Shown in pieces: positions 31,934 through 42,084 of a stretch of 64,000 nt of DNA. How positions within the stretch are numbered: the first letter of the stretch is position 1; each line of letters begins with the position of its first letter. Position numbers and translations under genes: made by a program. This stretch comes from an uncultured Bacillaceae bacterium. Lineage in GTDB: Bacteria; Bacillota; Bacilli; Bacillales; Bacillaceae_B. The stretch is from positions 44,338-108,337 of the forward strand of contig CAWBBM010000033.1 of the NCBI GenBank assembly GCA_963787015.1. Reading direction: 5' to 3'. Under the pieces are notes generated by a model, which was not told the DNA's origin, searched no databases, and saw only the letters and a list, made by a program, of their open reading frames with translations.

Positions 31934-34123
31934 ATGGCTAAAGATCAAGTACTAACCCCCGAACAGGTTATTGATAAGACAAGAGCATACTTAAACGAAG
32001 AGCATGTAGAAATGGTTCAGAAAGCATATGAGTACGCACGAGATGCCCATAGCGAACAGTACCGTAAATCTGGTGAACCCTACATCATCCACCCCATTCA
32101 GGTAGCGGGAATACTTGCGGATTTAGAGATGGATCCGGCAACCGTGGCTGCAGGGTTTCTTCATGATGTAGTGGAAGATACGGGTATTTCGCTTGCTGAA
32201 ATTTCAGAAGCGTTTAATGCTGAAGTGGCTATGCTCGTTGATGGGGTCACAAAGCTCGGGAAGATTAAATACAAGTCCCATGAAGAACAGCAGGCTGAAA
32301 ATCACCGGAAAATGTTTGTGGCAATGGCTCAGGATATCCGTGTCATTCTGATAAAATTAGCGGATCGACTTCATAATATGAGAACTTTGAAACATCTGCC
32401 ACAGGAAAAGCAGCGAAGAATAGCAAATGAAACACTTGAAATCTTTGCTCCCTTGGCGCATCGCCTGGGAATTTCGAAGATTAAGTGGGAATTAGAGGAT
32501 ACTTCGTTACGGTATTTAAATCCTCAACAGTATTATCGTATTGTAAACCTGATGAAGAAGAAACGTGCGGAGCGTGAAGAGTATTTAGATGAAGTTGTCA
32601 ACGAAGTGAAGGATAAATTAGGCGACGTGAAGATCGTGGCCGAAATTTCTGGACGACCTAAGCATATTTACAGCATTTATCGCAAAATGGCGCTTCAAAA
32701 CAAGCAGTTTAATGAAATTTACGATCTTTTGGCCGTAAGGGTTGTAGTGGACAGCATCAAGGACTGCTATGCCGTATTAGGAATCGTCCATACATGCTGG
32801 AAGCCGATGCCAGGCAGGTTCAAGGATTATATTGCCATGCCGAAGCCCAATATGTATCAGTCCCTTCATACGACAGTCATCGGTCCAAAAGGGGACCCCC
32901 TTGAAGTGCAAATCAGGACACTTGAAATGCACCAAATCGCTGAATACGGGGTAGCCGCACACTGGGCATATAAAGAAGGAAAAGAAGCCAGTGAGACGGT
33001 TTCCTTCGAGAAGAAACTTTCCTGGTTCAGAGAGATATTGGAATTTCAGAATGAATCTGCCAATGCGGAAGAATTCATGGAGTCTCTTAAAATCGACCTC
33101 TTTTCTGATATGGTCTTTGTGTTCACCCCTAAAGGGGACGTATTGGAATTACCTTCTGGATCCGTTCCAATCGACTTTTCCTATCGAATTCACTCGGAAA
33201 TCGGGAATAAAACGATCGGAGCCAAGGTCAACGGGAAAATGGTCACCCTTGATTATAAGTTGAAAACCGGAGACATCATTGAAATTCTCACGTCGAAACA
33301 TTCGTATGGACCGAGTCAGGATTGGCTGAAGCTTGCCCAGACCTCCCAGGCGAAAAACAAAATCAAGCAATTCTTCAAAAAGCAGCGCAGAGAAGAAAAT
33401 ATTGAAAAAGGCCGGGATTTGGTCGAGAAGGAAATCAAGAATCAAGATTTCGATGTAAAAGAAATCCTTAACCCTGAAAATATTAAGCGTGTCTCAGAGA
33501 AATTTAATTTCTCTAACGAAGATGATATGTATGCAGCCGTCGGCTATAACGGGATCACAGCAGCTCAAATCGCCAACCGCTTAACGGAGCGAGACCGTAA
33601 GAAGCGTGAACAGGAAGATAGTCTGGAAGAAACGATGAAAGAACTGAATGCCCAACCGGTTAAGCGTAAAAAAGATGCAGGTGTCCAAGTAGAGGGCATA
33701 GACAATCTTCTCATACGGTTATCCCGTTGCTGCAGTCCCGTCCCGGGAGATGAGATTGTCGGCTTTATAACTAAAGGCCGTGGCGTTTCTGTTCACCGTG
33801 CCGATTGCACTAATGTAATGGCAGATGAAGTTGAGCAGCGCCTTATTCCTGTATCGTGGGAAAGTGATCGGAATGACCGCAAAGAGTACAATGTGGATAT
33901 TGAAATTTCAGGTTACGACCGCAGAGGCCTTCTAAATGAAGTGCTTCAGGCTGTAAACGAAACGAAGACGAATATATCTGCGGTGAGTGGAAAGTCCGAT
34001 CGAAATAAAGTAGCCACCATCAATATGTCCATATCGATTCAAAACATTTCTCATTTGCACAAAGTGGTGGAGAGAATCAAACAGATTTCAGATATATACG
34101 CTGTAAGAAGAATCATGAACTAA
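31934..34123 (+). CDS. relA: Bifunctional (p)ppGpp synthetase/hydrolase RelA (Rel/RSH)
   Basis: [36 protein letters not shown].. aligns with the B. subtilis RelA N-terminus. ATG 31934 lies 8 nt after AAAGGTGA. Confidence 0.96.
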   Translation: MAKDQVLTPEQVIDKTRAYLNEEHVEMVQKAYEYARDAHSEQYRKSGEPYIIHPIQVAGILADLEMDPATVAAGFLHDVVEDTGISLAEISEAFNAEVAMLVDGVTKLGKIKYKSHEEQQAENHRKMFVAMAQDIRVILIKLADRLHNMRTLKHLPQEKQRRIANETLEIFAPLAHRLGISKIKWELEDTSLRYLNPQQYYRIVNLMKKKRAEREEYLDEVVNEVKDKLGDVKIVAEISGRPKHIYSIYRKMALQNKQFNEIYDLLAVRVVVDSIKDCYAVLGIVHTCWKPMPGRFKDYIAMPKPNMYQSLHTTVIGPKGDPLEVQIRTLEMHQIAEYGVAAHWAYKEGKEASETVSFEKKLSWFREILEFQNESANAEEFMESLKIDLFSDMVFVFTPKGDVLELPSGSVPIDFSYRIHSEIGNKTIGAKVNGKMVTLDYKLKTGDIIEILTSKHSYGPSQDWLKLAQTSQAKNKIKQFFKKQRREENIEKGRDLVEKEIKNQDFDVKEILNPENIKRVSEKFNFSNEDDMYAAVGYNGITAAQIANRLTERDRKKREQEDSLEETMKELNAQPVKRKKDAGVQVEGIDNLLIRLSRCCSPVPGDEIVGFITKGRGVSVHRADCTNVMADEVEQRLIPVSWESDRNDRKEYNVDIEISGYDRRGLLNEVLQAVNETKTNISAVSGKSDRNKVATINMSISIQNISHLHKVVERIKQISDIYAVRRIMN

Positions 34124-34136
34124 AGGAGATTTCTTT

Positions 34137-34577
34137 ATGAGAGTTGTACTGCAAAGAAGTAAAGAAGCCTCTGTCACGGTAGATGGAGTGGTAAAGGGAG
34201 AGATTACGTCTGGTGCTGTATTGCTTGTGGGAATCACACATGAAGATACGGAAGAAGATGCCCGTTATATTGCAGAGAAGGTTGTGAATCTCCGCATTTT
34301 TGAAGATGAGGATGGGAAGATGAATCATTCCTTGCTCGATGTAGAGGGTGAGATTCTGTCCATTTCTCAATTCACTCTTTACGGGGACTGCCGTAAGGGG
34401 AGAAGACCCAACTTCATGAATGCTGCTAAGCCTGATCAAGCCGAGTCGATTTATGACTACTTTAATTCCGTATTGAAAGAAAAAAGTGTGAAGGTGGAAA
34501 CGGGTGTCTTTGGTGCCATGATGGACGTGCAATTAACCAATGATGGCCCTGTCACTCTCATGATTGAAAGTAAATAG
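34137..34577 (+). CDS. dtd: D-aminoacyl-tRNA deacylase
   Basis: [17 protein letters not shown].. and SQFTLYGD are Dtd motifs. Confidence 0.95.
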   Translation: MRVVLQRSKEASVTVDGVVKGEITSGAVLLVGITHEDTEEDARYIAEKVVNLRIFEDEDGKMNHSLLDVEGEILSISQFTLYGDCRKGRRPNFMNAAKPDQAESIYDYFNSVLKEKSVKVETGVFGAMMDVQLTNDGPVTLMIESK

Positions 34578-34581
34578 TAGT

Positions 34582-34621
34582 AAAAGGCTGATCCTAATGT
34601 CGATTTAGGATCAGCCTTTTT
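34582..34621. terminator. Bidirectional terminator (dtd / amidase)
   Basis: AAAAGGCTGATCCTAA-TGTCGAT-TTAGGATCAGCCTTTT. Confidence 0.9.
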
Positions 34622-34654
34622 GCTTAAAATAAATAGTGGATCTGGATTTGTTAA

Positions 34655-36421
34655 TTAGTTAGAAAAATAATCACCTAGTCCATGATAGATGGCGGTTGCC
34701 GCCAGGTCTTGGAAATACTGTGTGTTCACATTGGCTTCTTCTGTGGGGTTGCTTAGAAAGCCTAATTCCAATAGGACAGCAGGTTGGTTGTTTTCCCTGA
34801 TGACATGATAATCTCCGATTCGGACACCGCGGTCAGCAGTGGGTAATCGATCTGACAGACTGCCATGGATATCATCAGCCAGCTCTTTCTGTTGGTTCTG
34901 ATAGTAATAAGTGGTATGCCCTGCGATGGAAGAATCCAGAATGCTGTCAAAATGGATGCTGATAAAAGCGTCGGCTTGATAATAATGAGATAATGATACC
35001 CTTGATGGTAAAGATAAATAGTCATCGGTCTTTCTTGTTAGAATAACCTTTGCTCCGGCACTCTTCAATTTTTCAGCGAGAAGTTCTCCCGTTTTCATGG
35101 TCAGAAGTTTTTCCAAGGAACCACTAGCTCCAGTTGTTCCACTGTCTCTCCCCCCGTGTCCAGGATCGATCACGATTACTTTGTCTTGCAGTCCACCGTT
35201 TCTTTCCCGACGAGGTGTAGTATTTTCACCTGCAGCTGAGCGGATCGATACGACCCATCCCGCCACAAAACCTGCTCGTCCGTCCGCTAATTCAATTTCA
35301 TACCAATCTCCGTCATTATTCTTGACCGGGAACGAATCTCCGCTTGAAGCCCGTTCGATGACGCTTGATTGGGTATTTGCCTCACTTCGAATATTTGTCC
35401 CGTTGTATAGGATTGTGAGGTTTTCGTTCTTAGCAGATGTGTTACTTTCATGTGCGGAAGGGGTCACCGTCTTTTGAACATACCATCCGGCTATCCATCC
35501 TTTTTTTCCGTTTGAGAGTTTAATTTGATACCAGTTGTTATCTTCCTTCAACAATGTGTATGTTTCACCTTTGGAGACTTTCCCGACGATTCGTCCGTTT
35601 AAAGATGTTTCATCCCGGACGTTTAAGCCGTGAACCGTAATGATGCCGACCAAATCTGTGGATGAGGAGGAGTCATCCTCATCGCCTGTAGAGGTCGATT
35701 CTTCTTCGTTTGTCCCCGAAGAGAATTCCACATACCTTTCACTGATCCATGCTTTGTCATTACCGAATCTGATTTCATACCATCCGGAAACGCTGCCGGT
35801 CACCTCTACTTGATCACCCTTGTTCAAGACTCCAAGTACCGAGCTTTGAATGGATGGTGATGTTCGGGCATTCAAAGAGTTATCGGTGATGATTCCTTGT
35901 TTATTCTCATTCTGTTTCGATGAGGGTGAAAGGACGTTCGCCCCCGCTACGTATTCCCTGTGGACCCATCCACTGATGCTACCTGATTCAATCATCAACC
36001 AGTCTCCCGTTTCATCTGTGACTGTAACGGTATCTCCCTGATTTAATACCGTTACAACCATGTCCGACGTACTCGGTCCTTTTCTCACTCTGAGACCATT
36101 TGTGTTGACCGTGCCTTCAGTCCTGGAGGATTCAGCGGAAGAAACAGATTCTGCTGAAACGAGCCAATCGGCTACCCAACCTTCTCCACTGTTCGTTTCA
36201 ACTTTATACCAATCCTTTAGTGTGTCTACAATCTTGTACTTTTCCCCTCTATGTACTTTCGTCAGGATAGGGTAACTCAACCCGGGTCCCGTCCTCACAT
36301 TCAGATTCGAAACACTAATCGTGACTTTTCCGGTTTCTGCATGTGTGGAATAGTCGGGGTGAAAAGGAAAGATCATGAGCACAATCAATAGTGATGCCAT
36401 TACCTTCTTAATCATCGTCAC
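34655..36421 (-). CDS. yrvJ: Secreted N-acetylmuramoyl-L-alanine amidase with repeated SH3b domains (YrvJ-like)
   Basis: Signal peptide, then about six SH3b-type repeats (..NVRTGPGLSY..GWVADWL..), then a C-terminal Amidase_3 domain (VIDPGHGGRDSGT). Confidence 0.88.
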   Translation of the reverse strand: MTMIKKVMASLLIVLMIFPFHPDYSTHAETGKVTISVSNLNVRTGPGLSYPILTKVHRGEKYKIVDTLKDWYKVETNSGEGWVADWLVSAESVSSAESSRTEGTVNTNGLRVRKGPSTSDMVVTVLNQGDTVTVTDETGDWLMIESGSISGWVHREYVAGANVLSPSSKQNENKQGIITDNSLNARTSPSIQSSVLGVLNKGDQVEVTGSVSGWYEIRFGNDKAWISERYVEFSSGTNEEESTSTGDEDDSSSSTDLVGIITVHGLNVRDETSLNGRIVGKVSKGETYTLLKEDNNWYQIKLSNGKKGWIAGWYVQKTVTPSAHESNTSAKNENLTILYNGTNIRSEANTQSSVIERASSGDSFPVKNNDGDWYEIELADGRAGFVAGWVVSIRSAAGENTTPRRERNGGLQDKVIVIDPGHGGRDSGTTGASGSLEKLLTMKTGELLAEKLKSAGAKVILTRKTDDYLSLPSRVSLSHYYQADAFISIHFDSILDSSIAGHTTYYYQNQQKELADDIHGSLSDRLPTADRGVRIGDYHVIRENNQPAVLLELGFLSNPTEEANVNTQYFQDLAATAIYHGLGDYFSN

Positions 36422-36646
36422 CTCCAGTATGTATCATACAACTCCTTTAGTAATATCGGATCTTTTACCTCCAGTGTTGAACACTACCGTAAAATTCTTA
36501 GAAGAAAATTGGTGTTACTAACACTTCCGCTAAATAATCCTTAACGTTTTAATACGAGAAAAAAAATAAAATTCCTCTAAAACGAAAATAAAATAGGTAT
36601 TTGGAAATGATAAGTGTAGGAATGTTTTTTGAAAGGATGATTTAAC

Positions 36647-36823
36647 TTGAGGTCAAGTGAAAAAGAATTTATGAACGCAAATGGTGATAATCAGTTGTTT
36701 GGAGTGGACTTTCATCAGTTTTTAGCACGGGAGAAGGATGCGTTGAATGTGGAGCTTGCTTCTGAATTTGGCCTATCCTTAAGAGAAGTAAAGCTGTTAA
36801 AAAAGAAAATGGAGAGATCGTAA
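36647..36823 (+). CDS. Small ORF (58 aa from TTG 36647, or 50 aa from ATG 36671), HTH-like; not in the ORF track
   Basis: Translation ..MNANGDNQLFGVDFHQFLAREKDALNVELASEFGLSLREVKLLKKKMERS*. It occupies the amidase-hisS spacer, where B. subtilis carries a small yrz gene. The SD is weak. Confidence 0.45.
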   Translation: MRSSEKEFMNANGDNQLFGVDFHQFLAREKDALNVELASEFGLSLREVKLLKKKMERS

Positions 36824-36842
36824 CGAAATTTTCTTTAATCTC

Positions 36843-36871
36843 TTGACATGGACTTACGGCATCCGTATCAT
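36843..36871 (+). promoter_or_regulatory. Sigma-A promoter candidate of the hisS-aspS T-box leader
   Basis: TTGACA (36843..36848), 17 nt spacer, TATCAT (36866..36871). Confidence 0.55.
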
Positions 36872-36879
36872 TATAGAAA

Positions 36880-37155
36880 TAAAATAACATTTACAAAAAC
36901 CGTTGATCGAGCATAGTAACTAACACCCACGTGTAAAGAGAGGAAATGCCTTGGCTGAGAGCATTTCTACAATGTGACTTAGTGAATGAACACTCAGGAG
37001 GTTTCTCTCTGAAAGAGTTTCTTTAGTAGGAGATGAACGTACCAGGCGTTAACTGGCTAAGTGGAGGTCTTGATAGACTTCAATTAGGGTGGCACCACGG
37101 GAATAACAGCTCTCGTCCCTTGTATGATATACAAGGGACTGAGGGCTTTTTTTAT
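36880..37155 (+). promoter_or_regulatory. T-box riboswitch leader of hisS-aspS
   Basis: AGAGAGG GA/K-turn region. T-box sequence AATTAGGGTGGCACCACGGG (37083..37101). Terminator CGTCCCTTGTAT-GAT-ATACAAGGGAC plus T7 (37112..37152). Candidate specifier CAC at 36991. Confidence 0.88.
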
Positions 37156-37193
37156 TTACATAAATGTATTCATTTTAGAAGGAGGAATTCAAC

Positions 37194-38468
37194 TTGTCCA
37201 TTCAGATTCCAAGAGGTACACAGGATATTCTACCGGGTGAAGTAGAAAAATGGCAGTATGTAGAGGATGTGGCTAAGACTCTTTGTCACAACTATCAGTA
37301 TAAAGAAATCCGCACGCCAATTTTTGAAGCGAGCGAATTATTCACTCGAGGCGTAGGTGATACGACAGATATCGTTCAAAAAGAGATGTATATGTTTGAA
37401 GATCGTGGAGGCAGAAGCCTCGCGCTCAGACCTGAAGGAACTGCTTCGGTTGTCAGGTCCTTTGTAGGGAATAAAATGTTCGGTCACCCAAATCAGCCGA
37501 CGAAGCTCTTCTATTCTGGGCCGATGTTCCGATATGAAAGACCGCAAGCCGGCCGTTATCGTCAATTTGTTCAATTCGGTGTAGAGGCCCTTGGAAGTGA
37601 AGATCCTGCGATTGATGCAGAAGTGATCTCACTCGCGATGGGGATATACAAGAAATTAGGACTTACTAAATTAAAGCTTGTAATTAATAGTCTAGGTGAT
37701 GGCGGAAGTAGAAACGCTCACAGAGAGGCACTAATTGATCACTTCCAGCCAAGAATTGATGAATTCTGTGGGGATTGTCAAAATCGCTTAGAGAAAAACC
37801 CACTACGCATATTAGATTGTAAGAAAGACCGAGACCATGAGCTGATGGCTACGGCACCATCCATACTCGATTACTTAAATGAAGAATCAAGAAGCTACTT
37901 TGAAAAAGTGCAAACGCACTTATCGGACATGGACATAGAATTCGTAGTCGACCCAACTCTTGTAAGGGGCCTTGATTACTATAATCATACTGCCTTTGAG
38001 ATCATGAGTGATGCAGAAGGCTTTGGAGCGATCACGACTCTATGCGGGGGAGGACGCTACAACGGTCTGGTCGAGATGATCGGTGGTCCTGAAACGCCTG
38101 GAATCGGATTTGCCTTTAGTATTGAAAGACTACTCTCGGCATTAGAAGCAGAAAAGGTTAAGCTTCCTATCGAACAGGGTGTCGAGTGCTTTATCGTTTC
38201 CTTAGGGGAAGAAGCAAAGAATTATGCAGTAAAGCTTCTTCATAACCTTAGATCAGCAGGGATCTCCTCAGAGAAAGATTACCTGGAGCGAAAGGTGAAG
38301 GGACAATTTAAAGCAGCTGACCGTTATGAAGCAAAGTATGTAGCCGTTATTGGCGACAACGAATTGCAGGAAAATAAAATCAATCTGAAGGATATGTCTA
38401 CAGGTGAGCAGGAAGAAGTAAACCTTGATCAATTTGTAGCGAATGTCAAAACAAAGCTTGGGAAATAG
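37194..38468 (+). CDS. hisS: Histidine--tRNA ligase
   Basis: ..[22 protein letters not shown].. is class II aaRS motif 1. TTG start lies 7 nt after GGAGGA. Confidence 0.96.
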   Translation: MSIQIPRGTQDILPGEVEKWQYVEDVAKTLCHNYQYKEIRTPIFEASELFTRGVGDTTDIVQKEMYMFEDRGGRSLALRPEGTASVVRSFVGNKMFGHPNQPTKLFYSGPMFRYERPQAGRYRQFVQFGVEALGSEDPAIDAEVISLAMGIYKKLGLTKLKLVINSLGDGGSRNAHREALIDHFQPRIDEFCGDCQNRLEKNPLRILDCKKDRDHELMATAPSILDYLNEESRSYFEKVQTHLSDMDIEFVVDPTLVRGLDYYNHTAFEIMSDAEGFGAITTLCGGGRYNGLVEMIGGPETPGIGFAFSIERLLSALEAEKVKLPIEQGVECFIVSLGEEAKNYAVKLLHNLRSAGISSEKDYLERKVKGQFKAADRYEAKYVAVIGDNELQENKINLKDMSTGEQEEVNLDQFVANVKTKLGK

Positions 38469-38496
38469 AGTGCGTGGATTAGACAAGGAGGAGAAT

Positions 38497-40266
38497 ATGA
38501 TGACAAAAAGAACGGCGTATTGCGGAGAGATAACAGAATCGTACATCGGTGAAAAAATTACGATTAAAGGCTGGGTGCAAAAAAGAAGGGACTTAGGAGG
38601 ATTGATTTTCATCGATCTTCGTGACAGGGAAGGAATCGTCCAAGTCGTCTTTAATCCCGATTTATCAGGAGAGGCTCTTGCCCTTGCGGAGAAAATACGT
38701 AATGAGTACGTATTGAGCGTCACAGGAACGGTCGTTGCAAGAGGAGAAGGAACGGTGAATTCCAACCTGAAAACGGGTAAAGTGGAAATTCACGTAGAAG
38801 AGGTTCAAATCATCAATGAAGCGAAGACCCCGCCATTCATGATTGATGATCAGATGGAAGTGTCTGAGGATGTCCGCTTGAAATATCGTTATATCGACCT
38901 TCGTCGTCCTGCAATGATGGAAACGTTAAAAATGCGACATAATGTAACGACTTCTTTCCGTAATTTCTTGAACGATAACGGATTCCTGGATGTCGAAACA
39001 CCGATTCTGACCAAGAGCACGCCTGAAGGGGCCCGTGATTATTTGGTACCAAGTCGTGTGCATAAAGGTGAATTCTATGCCCTGCCACAATCGCCGCAGA
39101 TCTTTAAGCAATTGCTGATGGTGTCTGGATTTGACCGCTATTATCAAATCGCTCGCTGTTTCCGTGATGAAGATCTTCGTGCGGACCGTCAACCTGAATT
39201 TACACAGATCGATATGGAAATGAGCTTCATGGATAAAGAACAAATCATCTCACTTGTTGAAGATATGATGAAGAAGCTGATGACCGATGTGAAAGACGTG
39301 AGCGTTCAATTACCTATCCCAAGGATGACATATGATGATGCCATGAGCCGTTATGGTTCAGACAAACCGGATACACGCTTCGAAATGGAACTAATCGACG
39401 TATCTGAAATTGTGAAGGACTCCGGGTTTAAAGTATTCGCAGGTGCGGTTGCAAACGGCGGGCAAGTGAAATTGATCAATGTAAAAGGCGGGGCATCCCA
39501 ATACTCCCGAAAAGACATCGATGGACTAACAGAATTCGTATCCCGTTATGGTGCAAAAGGGTTAGCTTGGTTGAAGGTTGAAGAAGAAGGTTTAAAAGGG
39601 CCGATCTCGAAGTTTGTGACAGAAGAGGATGCTGGCCAAATTTCTACGGCAGCGGGTGCAGAAGCAGGAGATTTATTACTATTTGTCGCTGATAAAAAAT
39701 CCGTAGTGGCAGATGCGCTTGGTGCACTTCGCATGAAATTAGGGAAAGAGTTGAAACTGATTGATGAAACAGTCTTCAACTTCCTATGGGTGACGGACTG
39801 GCCACTCCTTGAGTTTGATGAAGGAGAAAATCGTTATTATGCTGCTCATCATCCGTTCACGATGCCGGTCAAAGAAGACCTGGATCTTTTTGAATCAGAT
39901 CCTGCTTCAGTTCGTGCAGAAGCTTATGACCTTGTACTCAACGGATACGAGCTGGGTGGAGGATCACTGCGTATTTACGAGCGCGACATTCAGGAAAAAA
40001 TGTTTAAGGTACTTGGATTCTCCAAGGAAGAAGCAGAAGAACAATTTGGTTTCTTACTGGAAGCCTTCGAATATGGAACGCCTCCACATGGTGGTATCGC
40101 ACTTGGACTTGACCGTTTAGTCATGCTCCTTGCAGGGCGCACGAATCTTCGTGATACGATTGCCTTCCCGAAAACGGCCAGTGCAAGCTGCGTATTGACG
40201 AATGCTCCTGGTGGAGTAAGTGATGCCCAATTAAAAGAACTGTCATTGTCGTTGGATGTAGAATAA
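38497..40266 (+). CDS. aspS: Aspartate--tRNA ligase
   Basis: [52 protein letters not shown] aligns with the B. subtilis AspS N-terminus. AAGGAGGAG lies upstream. Confidence 0.96.
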   Translation: MMTKRTAYCGEITESYIGEKITIKGWVQKRRDLGGLIFIDLRDREGIVQVVFNPDLSGEALALAEKIRNEYVLSVTGTVVARGEGTVNSNLKTGKVEIHVEEVQIINEAKTPPFMIDDQMEVSEDVRLKYRYIDLRRPAMMETLKMRHNVTTSFRNFLNDNGFLDVETPILTKSTPEGARDYLVPSRVHKGEFYALPQSPQIFKQLLMVSGFDRYYQIARCFRDEDLRADRQPEFTQIDMEMSFMDKEQIISLVEDMMKKLMTDVKDVSVQLPIPRMTYDDAMSRYGSDKPDTRFEMELIDVSEIVKDSGFKVFAGAVANGGQVKLINVKGGASQYSRKDIDGLTEFVSRYGAKGLAWLKVEEEGLKGPISKFVTEEDAGQISTAAGAEAGDLLLFVADKKSVVADALGALRMKLGKELKLIDETVFNFLWVTDWPLLEFDEGENRYYAAHHPFTMPVKEDLDLFESDPASVRAEAYDLVLNGYELGGGSLRIYERDIQEKMFKVLGFSKEEAEEQFGFLLEAFEYGTPPHGGIALGLDRLVMLLAGRTNLRDTIAFPKTASASCVLTNAPGGVSDAQLKELSLSLDVE

Positions 40267-40292
40267 TGTAAAAAAATTCCGGTGGTCATTCG

Positions 40293-40321
40293 TTGAAAAG
40301 AGTATCATGATATGGTATTAT
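40293..40321 (+). promoter_or_regulatory. Sigma-A promoter candidate for 6S RNA
   Basis: TTGAAA (40293..40298), 17 nt spacer, TATTAT (40316..40321). Confidence 0.5.
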
Positions 40322-40335
40322 TTAAACAATCAATA

Positions 40336-40528
40336 ACGAGTCCTGATGTGTGCGACGTTTTTACCTAACAGTTTTGACCGAACACTTCAAACTTCGGGAG
40401 CTTGACGTTTCTACTAGGCGTTCATGCCTCATGCCGAGGACTAACAAATAGTGGAATAGAGCACCCACCTGCCGAGAGCGGGTTCAAAACGAAGGAAATG
40501 ATGGCGACGGCACGATTGGGACTCGTTC
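40336..40528 (+). ncRNA. ssrS: 6S RNA (6S-1/BsrA type); ends approximate
   Basis: The 5' GAGTCCTGATGTGTG pairs with the 3' CACGATTGGGACTC as a closing stem around a roughly 190-nt body. The internal segment ..AGCACCCACCT.. resembles B. subtilis 6S-1. The aspS/yrvM spacer is where bsrA lies in B. subtilis. Confidence 0.7.
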
Positions 40529-40565
40529 AATCATGAATGTTAACGAAGATCTTATAGAATGAAGA

Positions 40566-40593
40566 GTCAGGCTGATGGTAGCCTGGCTTTTTT
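40566..40593 (+). terminator. Terminator downstream of 6S RNA
   Basis: GTCAGGCT-GATGGT-AGCCTGGC plus T6. Confidence 0.75.
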
Positions 40594-40827
40594 GTATTGT
40601 TTGTCGGGGGAGCGGTGTTATCTGCCAACATTTTAAATTACCTCCATTTGAGCATATTCGGCGGTCGCACCTAAAGGACATCCTTCCCTTCCGTACCTTT
40701 GACTAAGACGCTCCAAAATAGGGTAAACAAAAGAGATGACCAACATTTCATATTGATTTTCGGACCTGTTTCCTTTATTCTAATTCAGTATAAACCTAGT
40801 TGAATACTTATAATGGAGTTGATTATT

Positions 40828-41592
40828 TTGCTACACCAGTTTTCACGAAATGAGCTAGCGATTGGTAAAGAAGGACTAAAAACCCTTACAAATAGTACGG
40901 TGGCAGTATTAGGGATCGGGGGAGTGGGATCCTTTGCAGCTGAAGCTTTAGCCAGGTCAGGTGTAGGCCGTCTTGTATTAGTGGATAAAGATGATGTGGA
41001 TATTACAAACGTAAACCGTCAAGTACATGCATTGCTCTCTACAGTAGGACAGCCTAAGGTTGATCTGATGAGAGACCGCATTATGGATATCAATCCAGAT
41101 TGTGAAGTCATTGCTTTAAAGATGTTCTACACGGAAGAAACATACGAAGAATTTTTCAATCATGGGTTGGATTATGTCATTGATGCATCGGATACCATTT
41201 CCTATAAAATTCATTTAATGAAAGAATGTCTAAAACGGGATATTCCGTTAATTTCAAGCATGGGAGCGGCAAATAAGAACGACCCGACACGCTTCAAAAT
41301 TGCGGATATTAGTAAAACACATACGGATCCGATTGCGAAGGTGATACGTACACGCTTGAAAAAAGAAGGCATTAAAAAGGGCGTAACGGTTGTCTTCTCC
41401 GATGAAAGTCCAATCGTCATTCGTGAAGAAATCCGAAAAGAAGTAGGAAAAGATGATGCCACGATTCGTAAAGCACAGCTTCCTCCTTCTTCTAATGCAT
41501 TCGTTCCATCGGTTGCCGGTCTGATTGCTGCGAGTCATACGGTAAACCAATTACTAAAGGATATTGACATTAAGAGGGTCAAAGATAAGTAA
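40828..41592 (+). CDS. tcdA: tRNA threonylcarbamoyladenosine dehydratase (ThiF/MoeB-like; YrvM)
   Basis: From TTG 40828 the product MLHQFSRNELAIGKEGLKTLTNSTVAVLGIGGVGSFAAEALARSGVG is nearly identical to B. subtilis YrvM. Confidence 0.92.
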   Translation: MLHQFSRNELAIGKEGLKTLTNSTVAVLGIGGVGSFAAEALARSGVGRLVLVDKDDVDITNVNRQVHALLSTVGQPKVDLMRDRIMDINPDCEVIALKMFYTEETYEEFFNHGLDYVIDASDTISYKIHLMKECLKRDIPLISSMGAANKNDPTRFKIADISKTHTDPIAKVIRTRLKKEGIKKGVTVVFSDESPIVIREEIRKEVGKDDATIRKAQLPPSSNAFVPSVAGLIAASHTVNQLLKDIDIKRVKDK

Positions 41593-41695
41593 AGGCTGAT
41601 TTTCTTAAAGGGACTGGGGCATAACGAAATCAATATAATCTAAAGACGAACAATCAGGATAAAAGACTGACCGTGTTAGGATTTCTGGTGACACC

Positions 41696-41829
41696 GCTGT
41701 TGATTTCCATGCAAGACTTCGCTTTCCTCGGGCGTTCGGATGAGCCTCCTCGTCGCTGACGCTCCTGCTTAGGTCTCACCTATTCCGCTTTTCCCGTAGG
41801 AGTCTTCGTCTTGCACTCCAATCAACAGC
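41696..41829. mobile_element. Second copy of the hairpin (MITE/REP-like) element, inverted relative to 31601..31727
   Basis: 10-bp perfect termini GCTGTTGATT / AATCAACAGC. Blocks shared with the reverse complement of copy 1 are GATTTCC, CGCTTTCC, GCCTCCTCG, GGTCTCA, TTCCCG.AGGAGTC and CAATCAAC. Stem GCAAGAC (41711..41717) pairs with GTCTTGC (41808..41814). Confidence 0.7.
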
Positions 41830-41873
41830 TAGAAACGGTTAAATACACTCTATATTCTTTTACAGTAACAATA

Positions 41874-41934
41874 AAAAATCCGAACGAATTCGATTTTCAT
41901 GAAAGAATTTCGAATGATCGTTCGGATTTTTCTT
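41874..41934 (+). terminator. Long hairpin terminator (probably tcdA's, displaced by the inserted repeat)
   Basis: AAAAATCCGAACGA (41874..41887) pairs with TCGTTCGGATTTTT (41918..41931), followed by a T-run. Confidence 0.65.
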
Positions 41935-42084
41935 TGACTAAGACCCTTTTAGCCCACCCTCTTTTTGTATCCAGCTATACTTAATGACGAAGAATTTTTG
42001 TTTATCCATCTCTCACACTCCTCTTCCTAATGGCTAAACTCATACATCGTGAAAAATAATTCCATTAATTAGGCGAAAAAAGGA

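Noticed and set aside
36669-36890. 73-aa minus-strand ORF between the amidase gene and hisS
   Set aside because: It runs across the T-box promoter and has no SD. The opposite strand has a more plausible small ORF that ends before the promoter.
38268-38765. 165-aa minus-strand ORF spanning the hisS/aspS junction
   Set aside because: It is antisense to two highly conserved synthetase genes and has no SD or domain signature.
40484-40681. 65-aa minus-strand ORF, plus a 34-aa minus-strand ORF starting at about 40641 behind GGAGGT, in the aspS-tcdA spacer
   Set aside because: Both read through the terminator hairpin and into the antisense of the 6S RNA. The region is better explained by the ncRNA and its terminator.
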